Origin: Camelus dromedarius | Lineage: Eukaryota | DNA: 64,000 nt | Assembly: GCF_036321535.1 (NCBI RefSeq) | Contig: NC_087437.1 | Coordinates: 96,288,001-96,352,000 of the forward strand | Direction: 5' to 3' | Shown: positions 63,616-64,000 of the stretch, one piece after another | Position numbering within the stretch: position 1 is the first letter of the stretch | How the letters are laid out: the number at the start of each line of letters is the position of its first letter | Notes under the pieces: generated by a model | Database searches by the model: none | What the model was told of the DNA's origin: nothing | The model's input: only the letters and a program-made list of their open reading frames with translations | Translations under genes and position numbers: made by a program

Positions 63616-64000
63616 GCCATTTAGAAAACAAGGCAAGACATGTAGGAGGGTGTCTAGAAGAGACCTACAGCATGGTGGAAAATGAAATGTCCTGTTAAAA
63701 CAAATGTTCTTCTAGGAAAGAAGAGAAGGAAAAGAGGAAAGAAAATGAAAGGATAATAAGAGAGGAGAGAAAGGAGTAGAAAACGTTGAAGGGAAAAGAA
63801 TTTTCAAAATTGACTGACATCCTCGCCTTAGAGGGTTGCCCTGCACTCCTGTATTGGGATAGTGAAGACGTTTCCTTCTCTAAAATTGCACTGACACAAG
63901 GAAGCCTCCATGCTTAAAGAAAACATTTTTCCCCCATGGATCATGTTCTATTCTAATCTGAACACCATAAGGATTTATTGCAGCATATGCCAGAGGACAA

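Larger units (their letters stand above)
29973..64000 (-). other. ROBO2: ROBO2 intron upstream of exon 3 (3' part of the very large intron 2)
   Basis: Ends in the AG acceptor at 29974-29973. No upstream ROBO2 exon (Ig1) seen in 34 kb. Confidence 0.85.

Noticed and set aside
1..64000. A novel multi-gene system (operon, CRISPR array, defence island, intact retroelement)
   Set aside because: The sequence is mammalian intron. The longest ORF in the track is 115 aa, and I saw no regularly spaced repeat-spacer array or intact transposase or reverse-transcriptase frame.

Overview
AT-rich mammalian genomic DNA lying wholly inside the axon-guidance receptor gene ROBO2, transcribed on the minus strand. 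Three GT-AG coding exons join in frame: 29972-29815 (158 nt), 27058-26938 (121 nt) and 16071-15933 (139 nt). They encode Ig domain 2 and the first half of Ig domain 3 and match my recollection of human ROBO2 exons 3-5. The ORF track misses all three, and none of its ORFs looks like a real gene. The rest is intron containing old repeats (MIR, L2, L1M 3' ends, HAL1, MLT1 LTRs, MER20/MER94/MER104-like DNA elements), microsatellites and one young tRNA-Ala-derived SINE whose tail points to a camelid genome. I found no convincing new biological system. The best leads are modest: splicing architecture around exons 3-5, an unexplained short duplication in intron 4, and several motif-rich candidate enhancers. 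Repeat families and boundaries were called by eye from remembered consensus sequences and are approximate.
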